A stretch of 64,000 bases of DNA from assembly GCA_013265495.1 (NCBI GenBank), contig MU058844.1, forward strand, positions 6,757,260 to 6,821,259. Reading direction: 5' to 3'. The DNA comes from Vicugna vicugna (taxonomy: Eukaryota). Shown piece by piece: positions 12,627 through 26,489 of this stretch. A model generated the notes under the pieces. That model did not search any database. It saw only the letters and a list, made by a program, of their open reading frames with translations, and was not told the DNA's origin. The stretch's first letter is position 1. The number at the start of each line of letters is the position of its first letter. The translations under genes were made by a program, and so were the position numbers.

Positions 12627-13959
12627 GGAGAAACAGTGTCAATACAACATTGGGAGACTGCATTTTTTCAAACTTTCAACTTCATTTTAGATTCTTCATG
12701 ATGCTTTCCAGAAACATTCATTCATATATACTGAATATATGCATTCAAAGTTTAGATGTGGCTAACTGAAATTCTGGAAATTTATTAAGTCCACTCGTAA
12801 TTATCTTTTTTCTATTGGAGAACCAATGTGAATATAGGAGAATACCACTGGATAAATAAGACATAAAAATCATCCTTAGACTTGACACAAAGTTATCTAA
12901 ATATTTGTTATCAAATCTTCCTTGATTTTTTCATTGTAATAATCTATTTTTAGCATGTAGACTGATATATCCAAAATATTTAAAGGAGGAAGTTTAATAT
13001 TAACGGTAATATTTTATGTTTTTTCCAGCTGTGATTAAAAAAAAAACCCACAGAACAACTCAGTGTCAAACGTACTAACCATACGGCCGTATACATTATT
13101 TTATAACCAAGTTTTTTTTTTTTCCAGATGCTGCATAGCTTTAATGTTACAAGTGATTAAAAATATTTGTAGTCACTGAGACTCTCTGATCTGTCAATAT
13201 TAAAAGAAATCACACAGACTGTTATAACTTCATATCAATTTGTTTTTTCTTACATTGAGTAGGAGTGAATAAATGTGCAATAAAATATTTTATATTCCCA
13301 TATAGGAACATTTTATACTAAAGAAAAAACTGTAAATAGAACATTTGTTACTATAGAGTAGGTTTAATCATTCTTTGTCATTTTTTCTCTCATAGAATAT
13401 ATATCTTCCCCTTTCTCAAATTAGTTCATTCTTAGTTTATACTGAGGTCAATTCTTAGGCTTTAGATATATTCTGACATTATTTAAATTCCTTACTCTAC
13501 CTTTTATTATCAGGTGGATTTTGCCAAGTCCTATGCCTCTCTAAATCATGCTTTTCTCATTTGGAAAATGACTACAGTAGTACAAAATATGTAAGATCTA
13601 GGAGTTTTTGCAAAGGAGGCACTTAATCAATTGCAGTAATTATTGTTATTAAGATATAATACTGATGTTTATTTTTAAAAGTAAAATAGCTGGTTTAATA
13701 CAAATATACTGCATAACAAAATATTTCTTCCTAACAAGATGTGTTAAATATACCAGCAATTTAAGTTAGGGAATGCATATCTTAATTTGAAGTTGTCCAT
13801 TCTTATTCGATAAACAAAAAATTGTTCTAGGTTAGAAATAGGCCTCATAGGATTTCCTAAGCAACTTGGTGTAGCATGTACACTTCAGAGAACAAGTTCA
13901 ATATTATATACATTTTTGATCAATGTGAATATGAGACTTTAAAAAAGAATATATTGCTA

Positions 13960-14260
13960 CTATTACTACTAATAATAATTACAATTATAATGTAAGCACC
14001 TAATATTTTGGGTGATTACAATGGACTCTTTTTAAAGTGCTTTGTATGTATTATTAATTCATTTTAATCTCACACTAACTAAAATGAATTAGTTTAAACA
14101 CTAACTGAAATAAGTTAATAATACATATAAAATGAGTAGGTAATATTATCATCTTACTACACAGATGGGCAAAATGTAGCATGAGAAGAATAAATAACTG
14201 GCTTAAGGTGACAGTAGAGTTAGTAAGTGGAGGAGGCAGGATATAATAATGAGTGATAGT
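13960..14260 (-). mobile_element. MIR SINE, degraded
   Basis: TATTATCATCTTACTACACAGATGGGCAAAATG...TAAATAACTGGCTTAAGGTGACAGTAGAGTTAGTAAGTGG. Confidence 0.65.
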
Positions 14261-16109
14261 ACATATTTTGCATTTATCATTTATTATAAGAATAGTTGGA
14301 TTAGGGGGCAATATGAATAAACTATTAAGTATAAACTGTTTAAAAGCTTTAGTTCAAATATTTTATATGACGTTTCATGTATTTGACATGTAAGCAGTAA
14401 TTTGTACTAATGCATTTTCTCTATCCATAGCTAAATGTCTAGCAATATTTCTACTGTAAATCAAATGCTGCTGAGAAACTTAATATATATTTATTACATA
14501 AACACACTGATATTTAAAAATTACTTAACGTAAGTTTGTGGCAATCAGCTGGCATCACTTCTATGTTGCTAATTACTATAGGACTTTTTCCTTTATTAAA
14601 GAATTACTTTTCAATGATAATTGTTTGATGCTTGCATTCTCAAATTCCATTTTGCTTTCAAATTGGCCTTACTTTTCTGTGGACAAATAAATATTTGAAT
14701 GATCCTGTGGATAAAGATAAATTTTGTCCTAGGAATACAGTATGGAAAATATTTCATAAAACCCATTTAGGAAAACACAATACTCTGTTGCTCTGTTAAA
14801 TAAGTGATGGTAGGTTTTAAAACACAAATAAATCATGCCCGCATATATTCATGATCGGCTAGCTGCTCCTACTCCTGTGCTGAGGCTGGTATTGTAATTA
14901 CTTAAAATGAGCCTTCAGTGAAATGAAAACAAGAATATGAAAGAGGAAAAGCTATTTCCTGACATGAAACTGCCAATTTAAAGACATGAATTTCTGCTCC
15001 ATATATGCTGAATCTTATATCCGATCTGTCAGGTTGATATTGAATAATTTTCCATATGGGGCAAACCTCTAAGGGAAACTTCCACAATTAAAGAAAAAAG
15101 GTTTTACTGAGTAGCACTCATTTTTAAAAAGTTATCTATATGCTTTTAATTTTAACCTTTGATTTCCAATGCTTGAATGGAGTACTCTTCTAAAATGAAT
15201 GATCTTTGTATTTGAGTTAATGTCTTAAAATCTGTGCTCACATTTGTCAGAAATGTGCCCCTACTTATAATAAATATGTCTGTTCTTTCCTAGCATCTCA
15301 GTTCAATTTTCAAGAGAAAAAAAACTCAAATTAAACTCTTACCCTAATGTTAAGTCATCTCTGCAGAACTTCTCTTTGTGCTTTCCTTTCTTTTCTTAAA
15401 AACAATTATCCAAATTCAAAGAATAACAGGGAGATGGACTTTCCTCCTTACATTTTCAGGTGTAAAGAACACGCTCTCCCAAAACGTATTTAATTATATA
15501 AAAGAAAACAGAGTACTTGTCTTCGTATTTAATAATTCATTTGAGCCCTGAAAACTGTTAACTGTTACATGTGAACTTTTAGCTTTTTGTCTGGTAGAAA
15601 GATTAACCCAAATGTTACCATTTTATGGCCTTATAGGATGTAAACCAATCTTGTATCTATTACACAATTCACTTCAGCATTCTGTTGACTGACTGACTAT
15701 ATAAACCCTTTGTTCTTGAATTCTTCTTTTAATTAGTCTTATCATCTTACTGGCTATCTCTTGAATTATAAAATTGAGTATTATCTTTGACAGACATTCA
15801 TTTTAGACTTTTATGAAAGTCAAACTTTAATTCTTCAAAATGTTTATTTTAACATTTTTTTAAATTAGTTTTTAAAAATGTTCCAAAGTTTACCCACTGA
15901 ATGAATTTTTCTAGATCCTGGGGTGTTAAGCATCCTAGTTTTCTGGTTTTTTGTTTTTTGTTTTTTGTTTTTTTTGTAAAATTATCTGTCCTTATGAGGA
16001 GCGACTACAAAGTCAAAATCTTTATTAAAGCAAATATAGAAGGACTATAGACATAAAATACAGTCAGAAACAGTTTGTCAGCTGAGTTCTTAATTTATAG
16101 TTACAGATC

Positions 16110-16172
16110 ATTTTATTTTATTTTTATTGTGGTGAGATATACATAACATAAAATTCACTATCTTATCCATTC
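16110..16172 (-). mobile_element. Short L1MA/MB 3' terminal fragment
   Basis: TTTTTATTGTGGTGAGATATACATAACATAAAATTCACTATCTTATCCATT. Confidence 0.7.
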
Positions 16173-18339
16173 TCTTCTTATTGTACTCCCAATTGTAGCC
16201 CCTCTGGAGGCAAGTGAATAGCCCTTTTGTCTAGGGAAATTAAGTGTGATGCTGTTTTTCCCCTAAAAAATGGCCAACATCATGTGCAACCTCCAAGAGG
16301 AGTATGGTGGTTCAGAATTTTTAAGGTTTATGAACTTGAAGGAATCAATAATAAGAAGTGAAATCATAGGAGCATCCGCATGGAGCATCCTTGGCCAAGT
16401 GGAGACTGAGCAATAAGGTTACTCTCTGTCAAAAAGCCACATGCCCTACATAGGGATCTAGGTCAACCTGGTTTCATCTCAGCAATAGAACAGTATCAAA
16501 TGCCAATTTCAATTCAGTGTGGAGGTATCAGATCAAAGGAGAACCATCCCAAAGTAGTAATCTCCTTTTTGAGTCTAGAAGTCAGAGCTAAATCCTTTGT
16601 AGGCTAGTAGCCCTTAGATAGTTAGAAGGAGGAGGGAAATTCAAGAAGGAGATACTGGTTTTTCTTCTAATAGCGTATGTGAAAGCCCAGACAATTACCT
16701 GAAGACAATTGCACCCTGAGATTCATAAAGAAGCACATTCTAAAAATTGAGTCTCATGCTCTGAAGAGTTCTAAAGCTTTGAACTTTTAGTGATACTTAC
16801 TGCATAGTCATCAAAGATGCTAAGTAAATAACACTTTTATACATGGCTTTGGATATTTTGCTAACGCTTGTAAAATATATTAAAGACAACCTAATTTCTG
16901 TATCTATATTCATCTTGCTGTCTACATTTCATCAAAATCCGCCTAGAATTTCCACTTGTTTCCTATATTTATCTTGTGTCTTACGGGGCTTACTGCGGCA
17001 GCAGAGAGAAAAGAACTAGAAAAAAAAGAAAAAAAGTTAAAATAGAGAGAGAGCGTAAAGGGAGGAAATCCTGGTATCTCAGGGATCTTCTCCCAACCTA
17101 GATTTTACTTTTTTTGCTTCAATTTTTAGTTCCCTCATATTTTAGTATCACTTTTTTTTCTATTCTAGATATTTTGTTTTTTCTTCCTGTTCTCTCCCTT
17201 ATTTAATATGATAGTTCAGAGCAGTCCATAGTTAATACTATGGTACAAAATGAAAAACATAACTTAGAAATAAGCCAAGTTCACTTGAAAATAGCACCTG
17301 GGAAGAGGGTGTGGGGGGAGGGTGGAATGCTCTTTCTCCCCTTTCTTAGAGACACTAGCTTTGCCTTTGCTTGTGTAGTCTAAAGGTAAAGTACCTACGT
17401 GGAAAATTTTAGACTGATGAGATGGTGTAAGCAGAATTTAAAAAGCTTTGAGGAATTAATTTTGGAATACTGAGATTTTATCTGTAATTACAGATTCAGA
17501 TAGTTTTTTAGCAATGAGAGAATAGGAGACTTAGAAACTATGGCCGATGACAGGCTGCATGATTTTGTAAAACTATTTCATCGTTTTAAAGCTCAAATAC
17601 CTTATCTTAAAAAAGTGACGAAAATAGAGCAAACTTGATAGATTTTGATCAAATGAGATACACATATCTCACAGGGGATTATCCTATATGGATTTGCTTG
17701 ACTAAACCTGGTTTCCATTAAGACTTTTCTCTAAACATTCCCAGTCTCTTGTCTCACTGCTCTATCTTCCTCTTCTCAGAAGAGTAAAAGAATGCTTACC
17801 TTCAGTTTGGTAAGAATAATATATAATGAATAAGTGTGTTACCTGGTTGCAAAGGGGACAATCATTGGAAATCAACAAAGGGGAGGGGAAACAACAATTT
17901 TACAGACAAATTAGAAATGGCAGTTGGTGTTTCCAGAGCCTAAACTAATAGAAAAAGTCTTAAATGCCATTTCTTGAAAGAAGACTCGACGGGTCACTTT
18001 GCCCATGTTGAAGTATGTGTCTATTTTTATGTAGGTGAGTGTCCAAATCTATAGAATTTTCCCCGGCCTTAAGCCAATGCATGGAGCTCTAACAAGCACC
18101 AACAGTGCAAGTATGGCTGAAGTAAAGAATCTAGGGGAAAGAGAGGATTTTTTATAGTCACACCTTTATAGCCATAAGGAGGCAAAGCAATTATCTGCTG
18201 AATTGTATCTTTTATTTCAGCAATTCTATGGAAAATTTTAATTACAGGCCTAGAAGAGTGGCAGTAGATTGGTTGCCTTTAATTTGATTCCTTCTAGATT
18301 AAACCATGGAGAGACTAATCTTGAACAAAGGCTGAAAAA

Positions 18340-18480
18340 TAATCAATCATTCATTCAGTGAATATTCATTGAGGAACAACCATGTGCTAGGAATTGTTCC
18401 AGGTAATTTATCATCAAAAACAAAAATAAAACAAAACAGAAGAGAAAAACCATAAAAAAACATACAGTTGACTTCTTAGC
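18340..18480 (-). mobile_element. L2 3' end fragment
   Basis: ATCATTCATTCAGTGAATATTCATTGAGGAACAACCATGTGCTAGGAATTGTTCCAGG. Confidence 0.7.
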
Positions 18481-18736
18481 AGTATTAATAATATCCATAA
18501 TCAGAGAGAAATTGGGAAAGCACCTTTGAAAGACTAGGGTACTATCTATGTGAAATAATAACTTGAAACTATTTGAGAAAAGAAGACCATGAATGTGAGT
18601 TAAATATAATCAAATGAATATTTTTTCAGATACAAGTGGTATAGTGTAGCAAAGTATGCAAGTAACATTTGGGTCTTGAGGAAATGTACTGTAAAAATGT
18701 GTGGAATTAGGACTACAAGGAAAGACACAGGAATGA

Positions 18737-18748
18737 TCTCTTTCTCTG

Positions 18749-18793
<45 letters not shown>
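18737..18793. repeat. (TC)n(AC)n microsatellite
   Basis: Directly visible. Confidence 0.95.
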
Positions 18794-18796
<3 letters not shown>

Positions 18797-18898
18797 AGGG
18801 AAGACAGTTATAGCTTGAGTCTAAGATTTGGCTAAATATAATGTACGATGGGAGAATATTTCCTGAGAAGGACTGTCCAATCAAGAATCTGAAATTGG

Positions 18899-20017
18899 CC
18901 AAAAATAATTTAAAAAAAATGAACTTAATTAAACTTATAAGCTTTTGCACAGCAAAGGAAACCATAAGCAAAGCAAAACCTAACAGAATGGGAGAAAATA
19001 TTTGCAAATGATGACTGACAAAGGTTTAATTTCCAGAATATATAAACAGCTCATACAACTTAATAACAAAAAAGCCCCAAACAACCCAATCCAAAAATGG
19101 GCAGAAAACCTAAACAAGCAGTTCTCTAATGGCCAAAAGACACATGAAAAAAAAAAAAAAAGCTCAATATCACTAATTATCAGAGACATGCAAATCAAAA
19201 CTACAATGAGGTGTCACCTCACACCAGTCAGACTGGCCATCATTAAAAAGTCCACAAATGATAAATGCTGGAGAGAATGTACACAGCTGGAGGAAATATA
19301 GTTTGGTGTAGCCATTATGGAAAACAGCATGGAGATTCCTCAAAAAACTAAAAATAGACTTATCATATGATCCAGCAATCCCACTCCTGGGCATGTATCC
19401 AGAGGGAACTTTAATTCAAAAAGATACATCCACCCCAATGTTCACAGTGGCACTATTTACAATAGCCAAGACATGGAAACAATCTAAACTTCCATCGACA
19501 CATGACCAGATAAGAAGCTGTGGCATATTTATACAATGGAATACTACTCAGCCATAAAAAATAATAAAGTAAAGCCATCTGCAGCAATTTGGATGGACCT
19601 GGTGATTGTCATTCTAAGTGAAGTAAGCCAGAAAGAAAAAGAAAAATACCATATGATATCACTCATCTGTGGAATCTAAAACAAAAAGACAGAAGAAGAC
19701 ACTAATGATCTCATCTACAAAACAGAAACAGACTTACAGATATAGTAAACAATCTTATGGTTACCGGGGGGAAAGTGGGTAGAGAAGGAATAAATTGGGA
19801 GTTTGAGATTTGCAAATATTAACTACTATATATAAAAATAGATAAAGAACAAATTTCTTCTGTATAGCATAGGGAATTATATTTAATATCTTGTAGTAAC
19901 ATATAATGAAAAAGAATATGAAAACAAATATATGTATGTATATGTATGACTGAAACATTATGCTGTACACCAGAAATTGACACATTATAAATGACAATTC
20001 TTCAATCATAAAAGAAA
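18899..20017 (+). mobile_element. 5'-truncated camelid-type L1 (ORF2 C-terminus plus 3' UTR)
   Basis: ORF 19002-19301 carries ORF2 C-terminal motifs ([12 protein letters not shown]...NPIQKWA...[21 protein letters not shown]...CWREC). A-rich tail; 16-bp TSD AAGAATCTGAAATTGG at 18883-18898 and 20018-20033. Confidence 0.95.
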
Positions 20018-22519
20018 AAGAATCTGAAATTGGGCAAGATGTTGGAATATAGGAGGCATTTGGCAGTCCCAGAACTCATGGTTTCTAATCTCTTACTGTG
20101 GGGATCCAACAAGATGGATTCTACTAGAAAATACTAATAAAAATGTATCTGGACCAAAAACCTAAAAGATGCCTCCTGACTCGAGAAACAGTGCTCACTC
20201 TCAATAGTAAAGAAAGGGTCAAAATTAAGCAGGCTTAACTGTACCAACTCAGCTGAGCCTTCCTGAAGCTGGGAGAGGAACAGTACCTGGAAATAACACA
20301 CTAGAGTTCTCTCCCTCTTTTGCAGAGAAAACCCACCAAGGACTAGAACACTGGAACATCGAGGAGCAGATATCATGAGGACTGCACGGCTGAGGTGTTG
20401 GTTTTCACTACCTCTCTAGGGACTCAGATTCCTAAGTTTCGGTAACAGCTTCAGTTCAGAATCTGCTGCAAGGGTTTCTGCAAGTGAAAATAAAGATGTA
20501 CTGGTTTCTTCTCCAACAGGCAGTTCTCTTAGTTCTGAGTTATTTAACGGACACCTGCACACACAGAGAATTCACATTCAATTCAGCACTGAAATGCCAA
20601 AAATAGAGAGTTAAAGAAGGAAACAGAAATTAAAATCTGAATGAAGACAGGGGAAAGGTACTACAAATTACAACCAAGAAAGAGTGTCTTCATGCCATGA
20701 AGGTCTCAACTAATTTAGAAAGTGCTAGGAGCTTAAATGCCACTTTCTGAGGGAAGATAAGACAGGATTTTTTCCTCTCCAAAAGTATGACATAGACAGA
20801 GTATGAAAATGAACTACTCCTGGGGTATTTCTCTCAGTGAATAACTTCAAAGTCATGGATTCCATTCAACTGAGAACCTACAGAGGCTAAAGCCAAAGAC
20901 TTGGTCTGCCAGCCGTCTATCGCCAACATAGCAGTGAGTCTGAGGCAACCCTAAATGTATTCCGGGAATAACATTTTGTTGTCTGGGGTGACTAGGGTAG
21001 GAGAGGCAGACTGGCTTGTTTTCTAAATTTGCTGGATGTTGAGCAGTGCAGTGATAATCTTGTGAGGCCAGTAAATTCTTTAGACTCTTTAAATGTTCAG
21101 CCCATGAAAGACTTGGCATTAAACACATGGAACCACAACCAATTATAGGAAGAGAGAGCTCTGGCTGCAGCTGCTGAGAAAAGTCAGCAAATCCACTTGG
21201 TTTTGAGAAACACTCCAGCTGATACTAAGCAAAATGCAAAGTAGGGGTGGGTAGATTTAGCTTTCAATTTCTCTGAATTCACAAAGTAAAATCATATTTC
21301 ATATTTGGCTTTAATTCCCCTTCTAATAAAAATCAGCATTATTTCTGAGATTTAATCTGTCCTTGGGAACTTGATAAGGGAGAGCATCGACTTGTTATCA
21401 CTGGGAGGTCTTCATGAGGTTTGTCTCAATGTTGTCACTTTGATTTCACCATCTTATCGGCTATATTGGACAAAATAACCAGTCATAAATTAGAAGGGAA
21501 ATACAACAGAGACTTTATTTTCAGTCTTGAGTAAAAAGCGACTTGAGGTGATTTTACTCAGTGCACTATTTGTATTCATTTCAGGACCTTCGGGGGCCTT
21601 AACATATGCCACTAACATGGTTGACACTGGACCAGGATTGTTCTGAGGAATCACTGATACCCTCTTCTAACCGGTCCAGACATACTCTAGATGACCACTG
21701 GCTTAACGGGTTAAGCTCAAATGGCTAAGACAGCAAAATGCTGTTAGGGAGAAAGGGCTTTTCTCTGACTGCTAGTTTCTGTAAAACGAAATTTTCTCCA
21801 AGTACTCTTACTCTCGTCTTACTTCTTACCTGTCCTCACAGAAGAAAAATGACATCATTGAAATTTCTTAGTCGAATGTCAGTAACCTTGTGGAAATTCC
21901 TGTGTGAAAGGAATTTGCTCTCTCTCAGACTCCTCCAGTCCCCACTCAGATAGCATGTCTATCACTAGGAATTTCTCTCACGTAGGTTCAAATCCTTGGG
22001 ACTGTTGTTCTAAGGCTAAGATCGGTGATTAGGAAAGTGGTGATACCACTGTTCCAATATGCATATAATATCATAGTTATAATGAGGGTATCTCTGTGTT
22101 TTCTAATATTTCCTTTCATGAATACTATTGGAATGTAGGTAGAGGAGCAGGGTATGAATTGTTGGGCTCCTCCAAGAACCTAATATTTTACATGTACCTG
22201 TATAGACCACAAGCCTGCATCTACTCGACTACTTCTCTGCTCGTAAGCTTTCCCCCCCATAAAATCTATGTTATATCTGCACTGTTTGGTGCTAGTGATT
22301 ATGTGTCCATGACTCTCTTGCTTGACAGATATCTACACTGGAATTACAGAAATCCAGTTTCTCTCGCTCTCTCTTTTTTTTTCTGATGAAATGAATGAAG
22401 TATCTTAAATGTGCCACTATCCAGAATCTTTCAGGTCACCACGGAGCATCCTTCTCCTCTGTAACACCCAGTGATGTTACACACGGCTTAATGGATCAGT
22501 CAGAATACTATGAACTATG

Positions 22520-22840
22520 GTATGGTGAAAACAAATTGAAATTTTCACTTAAAACAACAGAGTTCATTTCTAATATATGCTACATGTCTATTGTGGGCAG
22601 GAAAGGAGGTTATGTACATCACAGTTACCTAGGGTATGGGCTGATGAAAACTCTGTTATAATGCATGCTTCCAAAATTGCTGTCAGTGAGAATAAAATGT
22701 AGTAAGCTACATTTAAACCTTCAGACCAGTCACTTTCACTCCCATTTTCTGATCAGAGTAAGTCATACAGTCATGCTTGAACAGGTTTTGTTAAACAAAT
22801 CTGATTCTCCAGTTGGGAGGATCACCTAAATATTTTGGTA
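22520..22840 (-). mobile_element. Old MaLR MLT1 (J/L-like) fragment
   Basis: CTTAAAACAACAGAGTTCATTTC...GCTACATGTCTATTGTGGGCAG...GTCACTTTCACTCCCATTTTCTGATCAGAGTAAGTCATACAGTCATGC. Confidence 0.6.
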
Positions 22841-25800
22841 TCCACATTTCTGAGGTCTTTGTGTCCTTTGATAGTGACTGCTGTCACTTCTGACTCATAA
22901 TCAACCCTTTATTGTTTTTCTCCATCATATTTCCCATTAGAGGGGGGACAATACCTTCCATCTCCTCTTGGGTCTCATTTTTTCAACCAAAAAGAGACAC
23001 ATTATGCTCTGAAACTTGACTACAGGTTCTTTAAATTGCTGTCTATCTCGTCTTTGGATTTTTCTTGCTGATACAACTGCAGGCACACTCAAATTTACTC
23101 TGTCATGCAGTTTATTTAGGACTTACAATTTGCTTTGTGAATTCAAGATTCACAGGGAAAAAAAAACTGTATGATTAGAGAAAAAACTTATGGCCATCAC
23201 CTTAAGCTAAAAAAGTAACACTTAGAAAATCTAATATTTAAAGTATTCCTCTCTGTAGAATATCTTCCATAGTACCTCTTTTCCCCATCTTATACTCAAC
23301 CTGAATTAATCAGAATGTATCAGAGTACCATAATTAATTAAAAGGAAGTATCAGAAGCTCTCTGAGGAGACAAATTAGCTTGCATTAAGGCTGCAATATG
23401 TTTGAAAAAGACTAAAATACATTGTGTTTTAACATAACTATTAGAAACATGAAGGGAAAATGAGACTCCTTTATTTCATCCCAACTATGTAAATTTTAAA
23501 ATAACTTTGAAATACATAGGGGCATCTTCAGGAAAACTTGAGAATGTATCTTTGTGAACTGGAGAATGTCAGAAAATCATCCCTCTATGAATGACAGTGC
23601 AGCACCATTTGAAAAGACCCAGGCAAAGGAATTATTCTGAAGAACATGTATGCCTCTTTTGTGTCCGAGGATAGTGTTGTTCGCCTAATATGAAGCTACC
23701 AAATTTGTACTATTTTTGTGAGGTGGATAAATGACCTCCTAGCACCAAATTCATTCAGCAGTTTGAAATTTGAGTCTCTATTTCTAACACTGAAATGTTA
23801 GGATATTAACCTGCTAGACTGTTTTCTTCTTTTTTTTCTTTAAACACACTTGTAATGGTGTTGCACAAAGGTAACGTGCCAATATTCTCTCAAAAACCTT
23901 TTTTATAAGGGCAGGAAAAATGAAACACCACATAAAGATCAAACAAATGGAGTTTTGAGATGAAAATCTAGCAAAAGCATAGCACTTGCAGCTTATTTTA
24001 AAATGTAACCTGAAGCTTACTTTTAAGCAGTAAGATTTTAAAACTTTTGGTAGTTTCCCCCTGATTTTTTTCACTTTAAAAATAAGGGGGGAGAAATTTC
24101 CACTATACACACACCTGAAGGAATGTTAGGTGTACTATTTGTTACAAATATTCCATCATCTATAAATTTGTAAGGAAACACTGTCACTGGAAATCTAGAC
24201 TGCTGGGGAAAACAAAGGTTAAAGCTATTTAAACAAAATAATTTTTTAATGACACTTCTCAGATTGCAATAAAAAGTAATGTTGATTCTGGTTATCATTT
24301 GCTAAAGAAATCATGAGCAGTAGGCTTTAAATGAAGCTCTATAAAATAAGGTTTGGGATAAATGGAAAACTATCCATTCATTTGCAATAATTTATTTCCT
24401 TTGGGTTCAGTACTGGGTTATACTGCTGTCTTCCTTTGTTATAATGCTCATTGTTCTCATTAGGTAAATTATGCATTTGTAATAAGGATAGAAGAAACCT
24501 CATGATTTATGACACCCTTTCTAAGAGATCTTTCAACTTGAGAAGTATGAAAGAAAGCATTACCTGTCCTTAAGAAGCTCACATTCAAACTGAGGAATTA
24601 TGGATTTTTTAGTTGGGCAGAAGAATAGAAGTTCTATTTTCTAATTTAATTCTAGGGTAGGAGTCACTGTAAAAATTAGTTACATGATATTTGCTAACAC
24701 TGCTTTTAGTGATTAGTCCTCTACTTGGTGAAGAAGTTCATTTCTCTGCTACCCACTGATGATTTCTTGGAAGTTGATTTTTCCCTGAGCCAAAACACGT
24801 TTACACAATATATAAATATATGTTATGTAACTTATTTTCTCCCTTGATCCTAATTTCATTTCAGGAATAGCACAGAATAATCTATCTGCAAAATTTTTAA
24901 AACAACAATATACACCTACCCTTATACAATAATAATTTATCTCCATCTATAACCCACAAAGGTCAAATGGTTTTGTCAGCATTAGTTCCTTCAACCATCC
25001 TTATTGTGTAATATTAAGATTAAAAAAAATACTCTGGATGTATTTTTAAAATACTTTCCTTAGATACAAGGTTCAAAATTCGACAAAACATCCTGAAGCC
25101 AGAAGAATACAAGGTGTGTGTGTGTATATATATATATATTCTCATTATACTGTTAGCTTGTATTAAACTTGTGGCTAAATAAGCATCTTAATATTTTTCA
25201 CTTAAACTATGGTATCTCCATATTTGCTACCTATGCAATTGATTTTGAAGCCTATCAATGTACTTCATGGTTATGCTAAAACTCTTGTTTATTTTAACCA
25301 GGTGACCCTGCATAATCTGTGCTATTGTCTCTTCATCGTAGCTTTTTTCACCTGAAAATTTAACACTTGTTTTTCTTAGTTACTAAAATTAGGAATCTGG
25401 ACTGTCAAAAGAGTATTGTTAGTTAGTATGAACAGTGCTTTAAAGATATTGTACTAAAAATGTGAGAATTTTACAGTATTCAAAAGATAAAAGTGTTCCC
25501 TTCAAATATCTCTGCTTGTCTTGGACTGAGTGAGACCATGAAGTTGCTAAAAGCTAACAGCTGTTGGAAGTGTAAGGTTTAATATCGAGGACAGGAGACA
25601 TCAGCCAGAGAGCTGGCTGCTTCTATGTTGAGTGAGGGCGCCTGTGTAGCGGTGGCGAACCTCAAAGACAAGTTAAGCCGAGACAGACTTGATAATCCTA
25701 TCCAAAGTGAGTGTCCACCATGTTGAGGTACTTCTTTGACAATTCAGAGGGAAATCATGAAGAGGAGGCCAAAGAGTTCTGTTCCTGCTCTGCCCAGAAA

Positions 25801-26489
25801 GCTGTTCTCCAGATTTGAAAGAGATGCTTTAGCTCTGATGAAGTGACAGGCTTGGATGCAGAACAACAGACGCCAAAGCTGTAAACGGCTGGCTTGGGGC
25901 CCTGTATGGCAAGGGTCCGCTCCTTTGAAAGGTAAAGAATTTCTACAGAAGCATAATAAAAGCCAAGTTTTTGTCAAACTGTTATTAAAATTAGGAGTGG
26001 TGTAAGTTGAAACTAGTTCTTTTAGATCTGGTTTCAAATTGTATCTTCCTATTTGTATATGCTGCTTAACAGTGTTTACATCTTATATTTATTATATCTC
26101 TCTAAAATCTATTTTAGGAATTCAGAAAGCTATGTCTATTAAAGAAATCTGGAGTTTGATAATATTTCAAACCTATCAAATAACACCACTCTCTAGTGTC
26201 AATTAATTGCAACGAGTAGTAGTATGATTTCTCAAAGGGTACAAGTAATTAAGCAATACGGGTTTATAGAGAACCTGAACATTACATCTGGGATTAGGGA
26301 ATTGGCCTGGGGAAGTCGTTTAAAACCTATAAATAATTTTAATATGGTTTTCTACGTGAAAATATGTGCAAACCTAATTTGTCCCCTTCATCTTCCTGCT
26401 TTCTCATGGATATTTACCATGTCTAAAAGAAAATTACTTGAGAAATGTGGTACAAGGAGCTGTTTTTTGGAATAGTCCAACACTGAGCT

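Noticed and set aside
18600..18794. CVCVCV/ERER ORFs
   Set aside because: These are translations of a microsatellite.
19002..19301. 99-aa ORF as a host gene
   Set aside because: It is an L1 ORF2 C-terminal remnant inside a TSD-flanked L1.
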